Below, in pieces: positions 52,378 through 62,431 of a DNA stretch of 64,000 nt. The stretch covers positions 2,400,001-2,464,000 of the forward strand of contig OY764159.1 of NCBI GenBank assembly GCA_963668175.1, written 5' to 3'. The position numbers and the translations under genes were made by a program. Under the pieces are notes generated by a model, which worked only from the letters and a program-made list of their open reading frames with translations, did not search any database and had not been told where the DNA came from. Within the stretch, counting starts at the first letter, position 1; each line of letters starts with the position of its first letter. Source of the stretch: Syntrophales bacterium. GTDB lineage: Bacteria > Desulfobacterota > Syntrophia > Syntrophales > PHBD01.

Positions 52378-52466
52378 GAGAACATCTCCGGCTTCAGCAG
52401 GGCGGCGAGGAGATAAAAGGCTATCCCCACGGCCGCGACGAGACCCAGAATATAGACGATGGACAT
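52374..52466 (-). CDS. kdpF: K+-transporting ATPase subunit F
   Basis: [38 protein letters not shown], overlaps the kdpA start. Confidence 0.88.
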   Translation of the reverse strand: MSIVYILGLVAAVGIAFYLLAALLKPEMFS

Positions 52467-52478
52467 GGTGCGACCCTC

Positions 52479-52559
52479 CTATAAAAAGGCGATCCCCTCG
52501 GCGAGGAGCCAGGTTAATACGAAGAAGAGAACGGCTGCGGCTGTAAACAGGATATCCAT
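52479..52559 (-). CDS. 26-aa hydrophobic peptide upstream of kdpF
   Basis: MDILFTAAAVLFFVLTWLLAEGIAFL*, strong AAGGAGG RBS; its stop codon abuts the kdpF RBS. Confidence 0.7.
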   Translation of the reverse strand: MDILFTAAAVLFFVLTWLLAEGIAFL

Positions 52560-52635
52560 GGTTGCGTTTCCTCCTTTCTTCATGACGAATATAACACCGG
52601 AAATGTCAGAATGGCGTCAAGAAGCAGATGGAAGG

Positions 52636-52656
52636 CGTAAAGATTTCGTAAAAAAA
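52636..52656 (-). promoter_or_regulatory. Putative KdpE binding site
   Basis: T-rich direct repeat TTTACG-N5-TTTACG upstream of the kdp operon. Confidence 0.55.
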
Positions 52657-52779
52657 TACGCGGAAAGACGGGGGTTCAATGGAAAGAGATTCAGGGCGTC
52701 ACGCCCGTTGTCGGGGATCGACGATTCCCTTCCGGTTTCATGAGCGGAGGACAGATGATGTATCCGTACCTCGACTGCT

Positions 52780-53463
52780 TTATTGTTGCGCCAGGATGGC
52801 GGCAAGGGAGACCGCCAGGATACCGGTGAGGAAGATGCCGTCGAAGGTGCCGGCGCCGCCGATGGAGGCGACGGGAGCCCCCAGGCGGCCGATTTTCTTC
52901 ACGTTGAGGATGTCCGCCCCGATAAGGGTGCCGAGCGTCCCGGAGATGTAGGCGATGACGGGGGCATGGGCGGCGTCGACGACGAGGGCCGCGAAGGCCG
53001 CGACGACCGGGGGGATGAAGAAGGGCAAAACGATCCCGACGCCCTGCATGGGGCGGGCGAGACGGTGGGTGACGACGGCCATGACAACGGTGGCAAAGAG
53101 CGCCGGGACGATAACGCCGGTCTTCACGAGAAGATAGGCCGAGATGAGGACGGGAACGACGGCGCCCCCAAGATTGACGGCGAGGACGGTCTCTTTCGTC
53201 CGCGGCTCGGGGATGATGTACCGGAAGCCGAAAAAGCGGACGGTGCCGCCCTCCGTCATGTCCTCCTGGGGGATGCGCTTCAGGGGGATGTTGACGGCGC
53301 TTCCCAGAAGGCAGAGCAAAAGCGCGCTCATGACGTAATGGGGCGGGATGCCGATCTTTACGAAGACGAGGGCCACCATGTCGATCTGGACGACGACGAA
53401 GAAGAAGGCGAGAAGGATGTAGAGGATCGCCATGAACAATCGTGTCAGGGGATGAAAGAACAT
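52780..53463 (-). CDS. DUF1614-family membrane protein
   Basis: GSAVNIP, AVNLGGAVVP, GTLIGAD, SIGGAGTFDGIFL. Confidence 0.85.
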   Translation of the reverse strand: MFFHPLTRLFMAILYILLAFFFVVVQIDMVALVFVKIGIPPHYVMSALLLCLLGSAVNIPLKRIPQEDMTEGGTVRFFGFRYIIPEPRTKETVLAVNLGGAVVPVLISAYLLVKTGVIVPALFATVVMAVVTHRLARPMQGVGIVLPFFIPPVVAAFAALVVDAAHAPVIAYISGTLGTLIGADILNVKKIGRLGAPVASIGGAGTFDGIFLTGILAVSLAAILAQQ

Positions 53464-53550
53464 GATGTAAGCTCCACGGGGGATATAGCCCTGAACGGGC
53501 CGGCCGCGACCGGCGCGATGCCGGACACGCCGCCCGGATGTCTGTTCCTC

Positions 53551-53580
53551 AAAAAAGGGGGACGGCTTGCCGTCCCCCCT
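53551..53580 (-). terminator. Intrinsic terminator
   Basis: GGGGGACGG-caag-CCGTCCCCC + T6 on the minus strand. Confidence 0.82.
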
Positions 53581-53612
53581 ATGGTCCCTCCGCGGGGAAG
53601 GGGATCTGTCCG

Positions 53613-55052
53613 CTACATCGTTATATACAGGGTCGAGCCGTTCCTGTAAACGAGAACGAGGGCCCGCTGTCCGGATTTGACCGCATTAACGGCGGCGCCG
53701 TAGTCGGAGACGCCGCCGATTTTCTTCCGGTTGATCTCCATGATGACGTCCCCCTGAGCGAGCACGCCCGCCGCCGGGCTTTCCTCGGCGACATCGGTCA
53801 CGACGACTCCCCTGAGCCTTCCGGGAATGCCGAGTTGCCGCCGGATATCAGGCGTCAGATCCCGGACGGAAACGCCCTTGAACTGGTTCTCCGCCTGGCC
53901 GAGCATCTTCTGCTGCTGCCCTGTCATCTCCGCAATGGTCACCGCGGCCGTCTTCGTCTCGCCGCCGCGCAGGTATTCGACCTTTACCGCCCGGCCCGGA
54001 GGGATGGAGGCGACGATATTCTTCAGGGCCGACACGTCCGTGATGTCCTTGCCGTCGATCTTCGTGACGACATCGCCTCTCTGGAGGCCCGCCCTGGCCG
54101 CCGGCCCGTCCTCGACGACATCGGCGATCAGCGCGCCCTTGTCGCTCTTGACGCCCAGTTCCTTGGACAGTTCAGGCGTGAGCGGCTGGATCGAGACCCC
54201 CAGCCACCCCCTCACGACCTTGCCCTTCTTGATGAGGCTTTCCATGACGGTCTTCACCATGTTGGACGGGATGGCGAAGCCGACGCCCTGGTAACCTCCG
54301 GACGAACTGACGATGGCCGTGTTGATACCGATCAGTTCGCCCATAATGTTGACGAGCGCCCCCCCGGAATTCCCCGGGTTGATCGCCGCGTCGGTCTGGA
54401 TGAAGTCCTCGTAGTCGGCGAGCCCTACGTCGGCCCGGCCCTTGGCGCTGACGATACCCGATGTCACCGTCTGGTTAAGCCCGAAGGGGTTGCCGACGGC
54501 GATCACCGTGTCGCCTACCCTGATCTTCTCCGAATCGCCGAGCGGCAGGACCGGAAGATTTGAAGCGTCGATCTTGACCACGGCCAGGTCGGTCTTGGCG
54601 TCGGCGCCGACGACTTTGCCCTTGAATTCGCGCTTGTCGGACAGGCGGACCCTGATCTCGTCGGCGTCCCTGACGACATGGTAGTTGGTGACGATGAAGC
54701 CGTCCTTCGCCACGATGACGCCGGACCCCAGGCCGTACTGCTTATAGTCCCTGGGCCTGCCCCGATCGCCGAAGAATTGTTTGAAGAAGGGATCGTCGAA
54801 GAACGGCATATTCCGCATGTGCACCGTCTGGGACATGGAAATGTTGACGACGGCGGGTCTGACGGCCGCCGCCACCTCGGACATGGCCTGGTTCGTCCTG
54901 CTCAGGATGTCTACGGAATCCTTCGATATTTTGACTTCCTGGCCGTAGCCTTTGTTGAAGATATTCAGGTTGGAAGATACGGCCAAACCCGCGATGATCC
55001 CGACGACGATGAAGAATACGGCAAACGCCGTTGCCTTTCTTCTGTGTTCCAT
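53613..55052 (-). CDS. DegP/DegQ (HtrA) serine endoprotease with two PDZ domains
   Basis: [27 protein letters not shown]. Confidence 0.95.
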   Translation of the reverse strand: MEHRRKATAFAVFFIVVGIIAGLAVSSNLNIFNKGYGQEVKISKDSVDILSRTNQAMSEVAAAVRPAVVNISMSQTVHMRNMPFFDDPFFKQFFGDRGRPRDYKQYGLGSGVIVAKDGFIVTNYHVVRDADEIRVRLSDKREFKGKVVGADAKTDLAVVKIDASNLPVLPLGDSEKIRVGDTVIAVGNPFGLNQTVTSGIVSAKGRADVGLADYEDFIQTDAAINPGNSGGALVNIMGELIGINTAIVSSSGGYQGVGFAIPSNMVKTVMESLIKKGKVVRGWLGVSIQPLTPELSKELGVKSDKGALIADVVEDGPAARAGLQRGDVVTKIDGKDITDVSALKNIVASIPPGRAVKVEYLRGGETKTAAVTIAEMTGQQQKMLGQAENQFKGVSVRDLTPDIRRQLGIPGRLRGVVVTDVAEESPAAGVLAQGDVIMEINRKKIGGVSDYGAAVNAVKSGQRALVLVYRNGSTLYITM

Positions 55053-55273
55053 GATGGCACCTCCTGCATGGTATTGCGACTCATGATCTTTATCATGGTA
55101 TCCCGGTTACAAGCGGGCAATGCTTAAAAAAGGGGATGGAAACGGTAGGGCGAAGCTACCGGTGCGGGAAACGGGGCGGAGCTGCGGCCGACGGCCCGAT
55201 TGCGGCCGGGAGAAGGCGCTTCGACGATCGGCGGCGAAAGCGGCACGCGGCGAACGGACGCCCTGTTTGCCGC

Positions 55274-56719
55274 CTAGAGCTTTTCCATGTCCGCATAGAA
55301 TTGCGCGGCGCATTCGGGGCAGATGCCGTGGCTGAATTCGGCCTCGGAGTGGTCCCGGATATACGATTCGATCTGGTTCCAGTAGCCCCTGTCGTCGCGG
55401 ATCTTCTTGCAGGAGGCGCATATGGGGATCAACCCGCTCAGGGTCTTGACCCTGGAGAGGGCCTTTTGCAGCTCGGCGATCAGTTTCTCCCGTTCATCCT
55501 CCGCCTGCCTGCGAAGGGTGATGTCGCGGTCGAAGGCGCAGGCGAGCCATTGTTCGCCGTACTCGAAATAGTTGGACCGGATTTCGACGGGAAAGATGCG
55601 CCCGTCTTTCGCGATATGGCGGGATTCGAATGTCAGCATGCCTTTCGTCCGCATCTCCCGCTTGTGTTCCTCCCAGAGATCGGGATTGAAGTCCGGGTCG
55701 ATATCGAAGACCTTCATGGCCAACATCTCCTCGCTGGTATAGCCCAGCCAGGCGCAGGCCGACTTGTTGGCGTATATGATGCGGCACGCATCGTCGACCC
55801 AAAGGACACTGTCCGGCGCGCGGTCCATGGCGAACTGCGTCCGGAGAAGCTGTTCCCGTTCCTGTCTCATCTTGGTGATGTCGATGATCAGGCCGTCCCA
55901 CAGGGTGCCGCCGCCGGGCAGGCGTTCCGGTGTCGACCAGATTTCCAGCCAGAGATAACCGTCCCCTTTGCGGAACCGGAAAGTGCCGTGATAGGGGGTC
56001 AGCGCCTCCGCCGATGTCCGTGCAGCTTCATGGAATACCGGCAGGTCGTCCGGGTGAATCCTGTCGAGCGCGGCGGATGCGTCGCGCATCGCTTCCCGCG
56101 ACGGTACCCCCGTGACCGCCGTCAGGGCTTCGTTGATATAGGGGAACGAGTAACGGCCCTCGCGGTCCATCGTGAATTGGAAGACGACGCCGGGAGAGTT
56201 TTCGGCAAGCCTCCTGTACTTGGCTTCGCTTTCCCGCAGCGCCTCTTCTTTCTGCTTGCGGTCGGTGATGTCGCGGACGATCGCCCACATGAGGATAGGG
56301 ATGCCGTTCGCGTCCCGGAGAAGCGTCGTCCGCAGTTCCACGGGAAAGACCGTCCCGTCTTTCCGGATATATTCCTTTTCGTATATCCGCGAGTATCCCC
56401 TGGCGAGAACCTCGTCCCTGACGATGTCGGTTTCCATGCCGTGCCATCTCTCCGGCGTGATGTTCTGGTAGGTGAGCCTGCCGATTTCAGCCTCCGTGTA
56501 GCCCAGCATCGTCAGGTAGGCTTCGTTCCAGTCGAGGAGGCGGCCCGTCATATCGACGGCGGCAAAGGCGTCCGTCATGCTCCGGTGCAGCACGCGGAAT
56601 TTCATCTCCGAGGCCCGCAACGCTTCCTCCGCCTCCCGCAGTCTGGATTCGGAACGCTCCAGTTCCGCGATTCTCCGTTTTAACAAATCGTTTTCTTGCT
56701 GCAATTTCCTGTCAGTCAA
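55274..56719 (-). CDS. Triple-PAS protein with a C-terminal Cys-rich (IPICASCK...HGICPEC) domain
   Basis: Three PAS domains, no kinase motifs. Likely TTG start at 56719 with a GGAAGGA RBS. Confidence 0.85.
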   Translation of the reverse strand: MTDRKLQQENDLLKRRIAELERSESRLREAEEALRASEMKFRVLHRSMTDAFAAVDMTGRLLDWNEAYLTMLGYTEAEIGRLTYQNITPERWHGMETDIVRDEVLARGYSRIYEKEYIRKDGTVFPVELRTTLLRDANGIPILMWAIVRDITDRKQKEEALRESEAKYRRLAENSPGVVFQFTMDREGRYSFPYINEALTAVTGVPSREAMRDASAALDRIHPDDLPVFHEAARTSAEALTPYHGTFRFRKGDGYLWLEIWSTPERLPGGGTLWDGLIIDITKMRQEREQLLRTQFAMDRAPDSVLWVDDACRIIYANKSACAWLGYTSEEMLAMKVFDIDPDFNPDLWEEHKREMRTKGMLTFESRHIAKDGRIFPVEIRSNYFEYGEQWLACAFDRDITLRRQAEDEREKLIAELQKALSRVKTLSGLIPICASCKKIRDDRGYWNQIESYIRDHSEAEFSHGICPECAAQFYADMEKL

Positions 56720-56891
56720 TGAATTCGTCCTTCCATGACGTATACGGCGTCCGGCGGCGCAGGATTGTTGAACGCCGTCCAATCGTCTTCCCGTGCGGCC
56801 GTTCTTTCCCTGCATCGTGTGACGGGATGTGCGTCTCCTGTTGACCGGGCAATTCGCCTGCCGGCGATATTCCCTCGTATTGTGAGCGATT

Positions 56892-56999
56892 TGCAAGAAA
56901 CAGACCAAACGAAGGGATCGTCATAATGCCAGCGGATAGAGGTAAGAATATCAGGCGGAAGCTGCAAGTCGGGAAAGGGTTTTGTGCGGAATAGTGGAC
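56892..56999 (-). promoter_or_regulatory. Sigma-54 promoter with a degenerate GTCCG-N6-CGGAC site
   Basis: TGGTCTGTTTCTTGCA at 56892-56907; GTGCGGAATAGTGGAC at 56984-56999. Confidence 0.5.
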
Positions 57000-57015
57000 A
57001 TGCCCGTGATCGGAT

Positions 57016-57786
57016 TTAAAGCCTTTTCGCATCGCCCTTGACGGCGGCGGCGATGACAAACCAGTGGTCGGTGTACGTTTCGCCGTCTATTGCGACGATG
57101 TTCATGGCGGCGCGCTGCGATGCGGCGAGGCCGGCGACGGTCCGGAGGATCTCTTCGGCGTCTTCCGGTTGGGCGTTCCCCGTGAGGGAGCTGAGCGGCC
57201 GGTGCTTCGTGTACGTCTCCATCGCTTCGACGGCGAGGGAGGCATCTTCCAGCATGCGGGCCCATTCGCTCGGCCGGTACTCGCGCACGTGCGACCGGTC
57301 GTGAAGGACGTCGAGGCGGTTCATCGTCGCCGCAACGAATTCGTCTTCGGGTACGCTGCGATCGTTAACGACCAGTCTGCCGCCGGTCTTGAGCACCCGC
57401 TTCATTTCCCGCAGGGCCCTGCCGATGTCCCGGAAATGGTGGGCCGCCAGGCGGCAGGTCACGATGTCGAACGTTTCGCCGGGGAAGGGCAGGTCGTGGG
57501 CGTCCGCCAGGCCGAAGCGGACGTTCGCCGCTTTCTTTCCTTCCTGAAGCTTCCGTCCCTCGTCGATCATCTCCGGCGTAACGTCGACGGCGGCGACGAG
57601 ATTCACGTGCGGCGCCAGGGCCAGGGCCGTATGCCCCGTTCCTGTGGCGACGTCCAGGATCATCATATCGGGACGGAGCCGGGCCAATTCGACGAGCCGC
57701 CCCAGGACGGCCTCGTCCTTATGGTTGGCGCTTGTCGTGTAATAGGCCGCGCGCCGGCCGAATATCTCCCTGACATCGTCGGACAT
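57016..57786 (-). CDS. UbiE-like class I SAM methyltransferase
   Basis: LDVATGTGH, DAHDLPF, FDIVTCRLAAHHF, RVLKTGG. Confidence 0.88.
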   Translation of the reverse strand: MSDDVREIFGRRAAYYTTSANHKDEAVLGRLVELARLRPDMMILDVATGTGHTALALAPHVNLVAAVDVTPEMIDEGRKLQEGKKAANVRFGLADAHDLPFPGETFDIVTCRLAAHHFRDIGRALREMKRVLKTGGRLVVNDRSVPEDEFVAATMNRLDVLHDRSHVREYRPSEWARMLEDASLAVEAMETYTKHRPLSSLTGNAQPEDAEEILRTVAGLAASQRAAMNIVAIDGETYTDHWFVIAAAVKGDAKRL

Positions 57787-57954
57787 AAAACAACCCCCTT
57801 GGCCGCCGAGGGTCTTCATGACGGCCCCTTAAACGCATGATACCACATTCCGGGCAAGTGTGTCTTTTTTTAGCGACCCCCCGAAGACCCGTCGGGCCGT
57901 CGGGGGGCGCTGTCTCGTCGTTGGATATGAATCCCGGCGTTTCGCGCGCGGCGC

Positions 57955-58518
57955 TTACTTGGCCCCGAGGGGCAGGACGGTGCGGCCGAAGCTTTCGTTG
58001 ATCACCTGCGCCATGGCGCAATAGATCGCCAGGAAGCCGCAGACGACACCCTCACAGCCCGTGAGGACCGCCCAGGTGCCCTTCCAGCCGAAACCGTCGC
58101 GGGCAGCCAGCATCCAGAAAAGGATCGTCAGGGTAAGGAACACGGTCTGGAGAACGCGGTTGGCCTTCCAGGTCCCGATCCACATGAAGAAGGTGAACAA
58201 ACCCCACATGAAGAGATAGGCCGCCATGAAGCACTCGCTGTTGGCCTGGATGCCGAGTTTCCCGTTGAAATAGATCAGGTAGACCAGGGTCATCCAGAAG
58301 AAACCGTACGACGTGAAAGCGGTGGTGCCGAAAGTATTGCCTTTCTTGAATTCCATGATCCCGGCGACAACCTGCGCCAGGCCTCCGTAGAAGATCCCCA
58401 TGGCCAGAATGCCGGCGCCCAGTTCGAACATTCCGGCATTGTGCAGATTCAGGAGAACGGTGGTCATTCCGAAACCCATAAGACCCAGCGGAGCAGGATT
58501 GGCTAAATTGTCTGACAT
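57955..58518 (-). CDS. satP: Acetate uptake transporter (GPR1/FUN34/YaaH family)
   Basis: LANPAPLGLMGFGMTT signature, GNTFG..AFTSYG. Confidence 0.93.
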   Translation of the reverse strand: MSDNLANPAPLGLMGFGMTTVLLNLHNAGMFELGAGILAMGIFYGGLAQVVAGIMEFKKGNTFGTTAFTSYGFFWMTLVYLIYFNGKLGIQANSECFMAAYLFMWGLFTFFMWIGTWKANRVLQTVFLTLTILFWMLAARDGFGWKGTWAVLTGCEGVVCGFLAIYCAMAQVINESFGRTVLPLGAK

Positions 58519-58757
58519 GATGAACCTCCTAGAAAATATTGATTTTTTACAGGATAAGACAACTCCTTTCTTGACGGGGATGGTCTCCCTTTCGTCTGCC
58601 GGGCCGGTTTAAGGCTGCCTGGCCCGGTACGCAAACGAGAGAGGAACGCTTCGCCCCCGTTGAGGGCGAAGCGATGATTTTTACGTCAGCTGCGATACAG
58701 GGATACGAAGCTACGACGGGCAATCCGTTTCCGCCGCCTTTCGGCGGCGGTATGTTT

Positions 58758-60389
58758 TCAGAAGTCCTTGAAGTCGTCTTCGAGCGGGATGATCTGCTCG
58801 GGGGTTTTTTGACCCGGGGTCTTGGCCGGGGCGCGCCCGACCCTACGGGCGGCCGGTACAGGCTTAGCGGCCGCGCCGATCATTTTGCGGCTGCCGCCGT
58901 TGCCGTTGTTGCCGCCGCTGACGGCGGCTTCTTCAGCCGGGGCGTCGGCGATCTTATGGCCCGTGATGATGGCGTTCAGATCCGACACAAATCCCTTCAT
59001 TCCCAAGGCCTGCGCGTTCAGTTCTTCGGAGGCGCTGGCCGATTCCTCGGAGGTGGCCGCCTGGGACTGGGTCACCTTGTCCATTTCGTTGATGGCCGTG
59101 TTGATCTGGCCGATGCCCTGGGCCTGCTCGCTGGAGGCGGCGGCGATCTCGTCGATCAGCCCGGCGATCTTGTTCGACATTTCGATATTTTCCCGGAAGG
59201 CCTCCTGGGTGATCTGCGTCGCCTCGTAGCCGGTCTTGACGTTCTTGATGGTGCTTTCGATGAGGCCGCTGGTGTTCCTGGCCGCTTCGGCCGCGCGCAT
59301 GGCGAGGTTCCGGACCTCGTCGGCGACGACGGCGAATCCCGCCCCGGCTTCTCCGGCGCGGGCCGCTTCCACCGCGGCGTTGAGGGCCAGGAGGTTCGTC
59401 TGGAAGGCGATTTCGTCGATGGTCTTGATGATCTTGCTCGTCTCGTCGCTCGATTTCATCGCTTCCATGATCGCGACGGACATGCTGTCCATGTGCTTGT
59501 TCACGTTGGAGATGATCTTGCCGGCCTCGGCCACCATGCCTTTCGCCGTTTGGGCGTTGTCGGCGTTTTGTTTCGTCATCGAAGAGAGCTCCTCCACCGA
59601 GGCGGATGTCTCCTCCAGCGAGGCCGCCTGCTGCGTGGCGCCTTCCGCCAGGGACTGGCTCGACGCGGCCACCTGGGCCGAGGCCGCCGCGACTTGGGCG
59701 GCGCCGTCGCTGATGCCGGTGATGACGCGGACGATGGGCTTGGTGATCATGTGGGCGAAGACGAAGCCGAAGGCCAGGGAAACGACGACGCCGATTCCCG
59801 TGCCGCTGAGGGCCAGGATCTTGAATGTGGCCGCGGCGTGTTCGGTATTGGCGGCGTTTTCCTTCACTTCCTTCGTGTTCAGGGCCATGAGTTCGTCAAG
59901 GTCCTTGGACGTCGCGTAGTAGCTGTCCCTGAGTTTGTTGTTCGACAGGTTGGCCGCATCCTCCCGGTTGGCGGCCTTGATCATGTCGATGTACTGGAGG
60001 TAATCGCGTTTCCAGATATCCATCGACTTCTTGGTCTTTTCCCATTGGGCCGCCTGCGCCTCGCTTTTGGGCAGGGCCGAGAAGACTTTCGACCCCTCGT
60101 CGATACGCTTCCAGGTGGCGTCGATGTTCTCGTACTGGCGTTTTCTGAGATCTTCGTTCATGGTGATCTCGGGAACGAGAAGCGAACGTTCGGGGATGCG
60201 GGCGAAAGTCTGGGCTTCCTTGATGTCCGCCAGGGCCTTGAGACCGGGCATGCGGTTGTTGTTGGTGTCCACAAGGGCCTTTTCCGTCTGGTGGACTCCG
60301 AAAGTGCCGATGGCTCCCCCTACGATGAGCATGGCCGCAAGGCAGGAAAAACCGAAAATCAACTTGGTTCTCAACGTCAGATTCTTCAT
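58758..60389 (-). CDS. Methyl-accepting chemotaxis protein
   Basis: Two TMs, helical sensor domain, [37 protein letters not shown]. Confidence 0.95.
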   Translation of the reverse strand: MKNLTLRTKLIFGFSCLAAMLIVGGAIGTFGVHQTEKALVDTNNNRMPGLKALADIKEAQTFARIPERSLLVPEITMNEDLRKRQYENIDATWKRIDEGSKVFSALPKSEAQAAQWEKTKKSMDIWKRDYLQYIDMIKAANREDAANLSNNKLRDSYYATSKDLDELMALNTKEVKENAANTEHAAATFKILALSGTGIGVVVSLAFGFVFAHMITKPIVRVITGISDGAAQVAAASAQVAASSQSLAEGATQQAASLEETSASVEELSSMTKQNADNAQTAKGMVAEAGKIISNVNKHMDSMSVAIMEAMKSSDETSKIIKTIDEIAFQTNLLALNAAVEAARAGEAGAGFAVVADEVRNLAMRAAEAARNTSGLIESTIKNVKTGYEATQITQEAFRENIEMSNKIAGLIDEIAAASSEQAQGIGQINTAINEMDKVTQSQAATSEESASASEELNAQALGMKGFVSDLNAIITGHKIADAPAEEAAVSGGNNGNGGSRKMIGAAAKPVPAARRVGRAPAKTPGQKTPEQIIPLEDDFKDF

Positions 60390-60635
60390 AAAACTCCCCC
60401 CAACATGAGTATTTGACAGAGCTAGCGATACAGGCAGCGGTCGCAGCCGGGAGAAATCCGGGCTCTCACCGCTCCGCTCCTTAGCAGATGCTTATCCAAA
60501 AAGCAAAAGATAAATTCAATAAACTGGAATTCAGCGTCAGTCCAGGTTGTGGAGCTACGAACTTTGTGAACCCCTTCTCCTGCCGCCACAGAGAAAAATA
60601 GTTAGGGCAAATTGGCTAGTGCACTGATATTTTCC

Positions 60636-60664
60636 TTGCATCATGATGACGGTCCTTATATAGT
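60636..60664 (+). promoter_or_regulatory. Putative sigma-70 promoter
   Basis: TTGCAT-N17-TATAGT upstream of the DUF3300 gene. Confidence 0.5.
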
Positions 60665-60721
60665 GAGCATCGGTGAGATGGTTACAATTTCGTTTCGACC
60701 TCCACAGAGTTACCGGACGAT

Positions 60722-62404
60722 ATGAAAAAGACGGTATGGACAGCCATTCTCTTTCTGTTCCTTCTTAGCGCCTTCCCCGCGTGCGCCGCCGCGGCCGATT
60801 CCGGTGCGCTTCTCTTCAGCGAGGCGGACCTCGATCAACTCCTGGCGCCCATCGCCCTCTACCCGGACCCGCTTCTGGCCGTGATGCTCCCGGCCGCAAC
60901 CTATCCGGCGGAAATCGAAGACGCCGAATCGTGGTTTGAAGGAGGAGGAACCGTTGCGGGCATCGACGGGAAGAACTGGGACGATTCCGTCAAGGCCGTG
61001 GCCTATTACCGCGACGTCCTCAAATTGATGGCCGACAATCCCGACTGGACCGCCGACATCGGCGACGCTTTCCTCAACCAGCCGGACGACGTGACGCGTT
61101 CGATACAACGGCTCCGGTGGCAGGCGAGGGACAAGGGCAGCCTCGACAGCAACGACCGGCAGCAGGTGATCGTCGAGGGGGACACGATCGCCATCGACCC
61201 GGCGCAGCCGCAGTATATCTATGTCCCCGAGTACGATCCCGCCGTTGTCTATACGGAAAGCTGGGTCTACGGCATGCCCCCCGTCATTTTCTTCGGCCCG
61301 CGGCTTCCCATCGGCGGCTGGCTTTGCCTCGATTTCGACTGGCCGCACCGCCATGTGATCTATCACGGATGGAACAGGCCCGGCTGGGTCAGCCAGGCGA
61401 GGCCGTATGTCCGCGTGCCGAACGTCTACGTCAACAGGAGCCGGCCCTCCATCAATCAGACATGGCGGCACGACCGGTCCCGCGGCGATCCGGAGAAATT
61501 CCGGGCGACATGGACGGGACGCGCAAAAACGCCGGGCCGCGTCCAGATGCCGGCTGCCGGGGGCAGGGCGCCCGAAGCGGCGCGACCGGCGGGGACCGTC
61601 TTCGGCCCCCGGGGCGACGCCCGGACGTTCAGCGACCGCGGTCGTCAGAGTTTAGGCACTATCGGCAACCGGCAGCAATCGCAGCCGGGTACGGGCAACC
61701 GGCCGCATTCACCGACGGGAACAGGCATCCGCCAGCAGTCGCCGGCAGGAACAGGCATCCGCCAACAGTCGCCGACGGGTGAAAGCGTCGGCCAGCAGAC
61801 CCAGCCGCGTGCAGGCATCAGGACGCCTTCGCCCGCTCCGGCCTTCGGACGCCGCGACGCGGCTTCGCCCGACGTAAGTCGACGGACGCCGTCGACGCCT
61901 GACCTAAGCGGGCGGCCATCGCCCGCGCCTGATACAGCCAGGCGGCCATCGCCTTCGTCCGAGACGGCCAGGCGGCCATCGCCTTCGTCCGAGACGGCCA
62001 GGCGGACATCGCCTGCGCCCGAGACAGCCAGGCGGACATCGCCGGCACCGGATACGTCGCCACGCCCGCAAGCACCGTCCTTTACGGGAACCCCGAGGGT
62101 TTCGACGCCTTCGCCCGCCCGGGAAAGCGTGCAGCCGCCCCGGACGTCTTCCGGCGTCTTCGGCGGATACCGGGGGAACAACGAAGCGGCGGCGCAGAGC
62201 GAACGCGGCCGGACGAGCCGCCAGAGCATGACGGAATCCAGGCCGTCCCCCGCGCCGGAGAGACCCGCCCGTGTGGAGTCACGGCCTGCGCCGGCCCCGA
62301 GCCGGCCCGCCCAGGTGGAGTCGCGGCCGTCGCCGGCACCGAGCCGTCCGGCCCCGCCCGAACAGAGGCGTCCGGAGCCTTCGGGCAAGCCGGGGCGCAG
62401 ATAA
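60722..62404 (+). CDS. DUF3300 protein with a long Pro/Ser/Arg-rich repetitive tail
   Basis: LDQLLAPIALYPDPLL, WDDSVKA, IYVPEYDP..VY. Confidence 0.9.
   Translation: MKKTVWTAILFLFLLSAFPACAAAADSGALLFSEADLDQLLAPIALYPDPLLAVMLPAATYPAEIEDAESWFEGGGTVAGIDGKNWDDSVKAVAYYRDVLKLMADNPDWTADIGDAFLNQPDDVTRSIQRLRWQARDKGSLDSNDRQQVIVEGDTIAIDPAQPQYIYVPEYDPAVVYTESWVYGMPPVIFFGPRLPIGGWLCLDFDWPHRHVIYHGWNRPGWVSQARPYVRVPNVYVNRSRPSINQTWRHDRSRGDPEKFRATWTGRAKTPGRVQMPAAGGRAPEAARPAGTVFGPRGDARTFSDRGRQSLGTIGNRQQSQPGTGNRPHSPTGTGIRQQSPAGTGIRQQSPTGESVGQQTQPRAGIRTPSPAPAFGRRDAASPDVSRRTPSTPDLSGRPSPAPDTARRPSPSSETARRPSPSSETARRTSPAPETARRTSPAPDTSPRPQAPSFTGTPRVSTPSPARESVQPPRTSSGVFGGYRGNNEAAAQSERGRTSRQSMTESRPSPAPERPARVESRPAPAPSRPAQVESRPSPAPSRPAPPEQRRPEPSGKPGRR
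61664..62358 (+). repeat. Coding tandem repeats (30-bp and 42-bp periods)
   Basis: 30-bp units from 61664 (G(N/I)RQQSPxGT) and 61913 (RPSPSSETAR); 42-bp units from 62234 (ESRPSPAPxRPAxV). Confidence 0.85.
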
Positions 62405-62431
62405 CCGGCGTATAGACACGGGATTTATGGG

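Noticed and set aside
56923..56934. ATAATGCCAGCG, resembling part of a TPP riboswitch
   Set aside because: No CUGAGA or other core elements, wrong orientation for the adjacent genes, and no thiamine genes.
60390..60620. c-di-GMP riboswitch upstream of the MCP
   Set aside because: A hairpin is possible, but the GGCAAA/GAAA/GACGCAAA core is absent.
61664..62358. CRISPR array
   Set aside because: In-frame coding tandem repeats without unique spacers.
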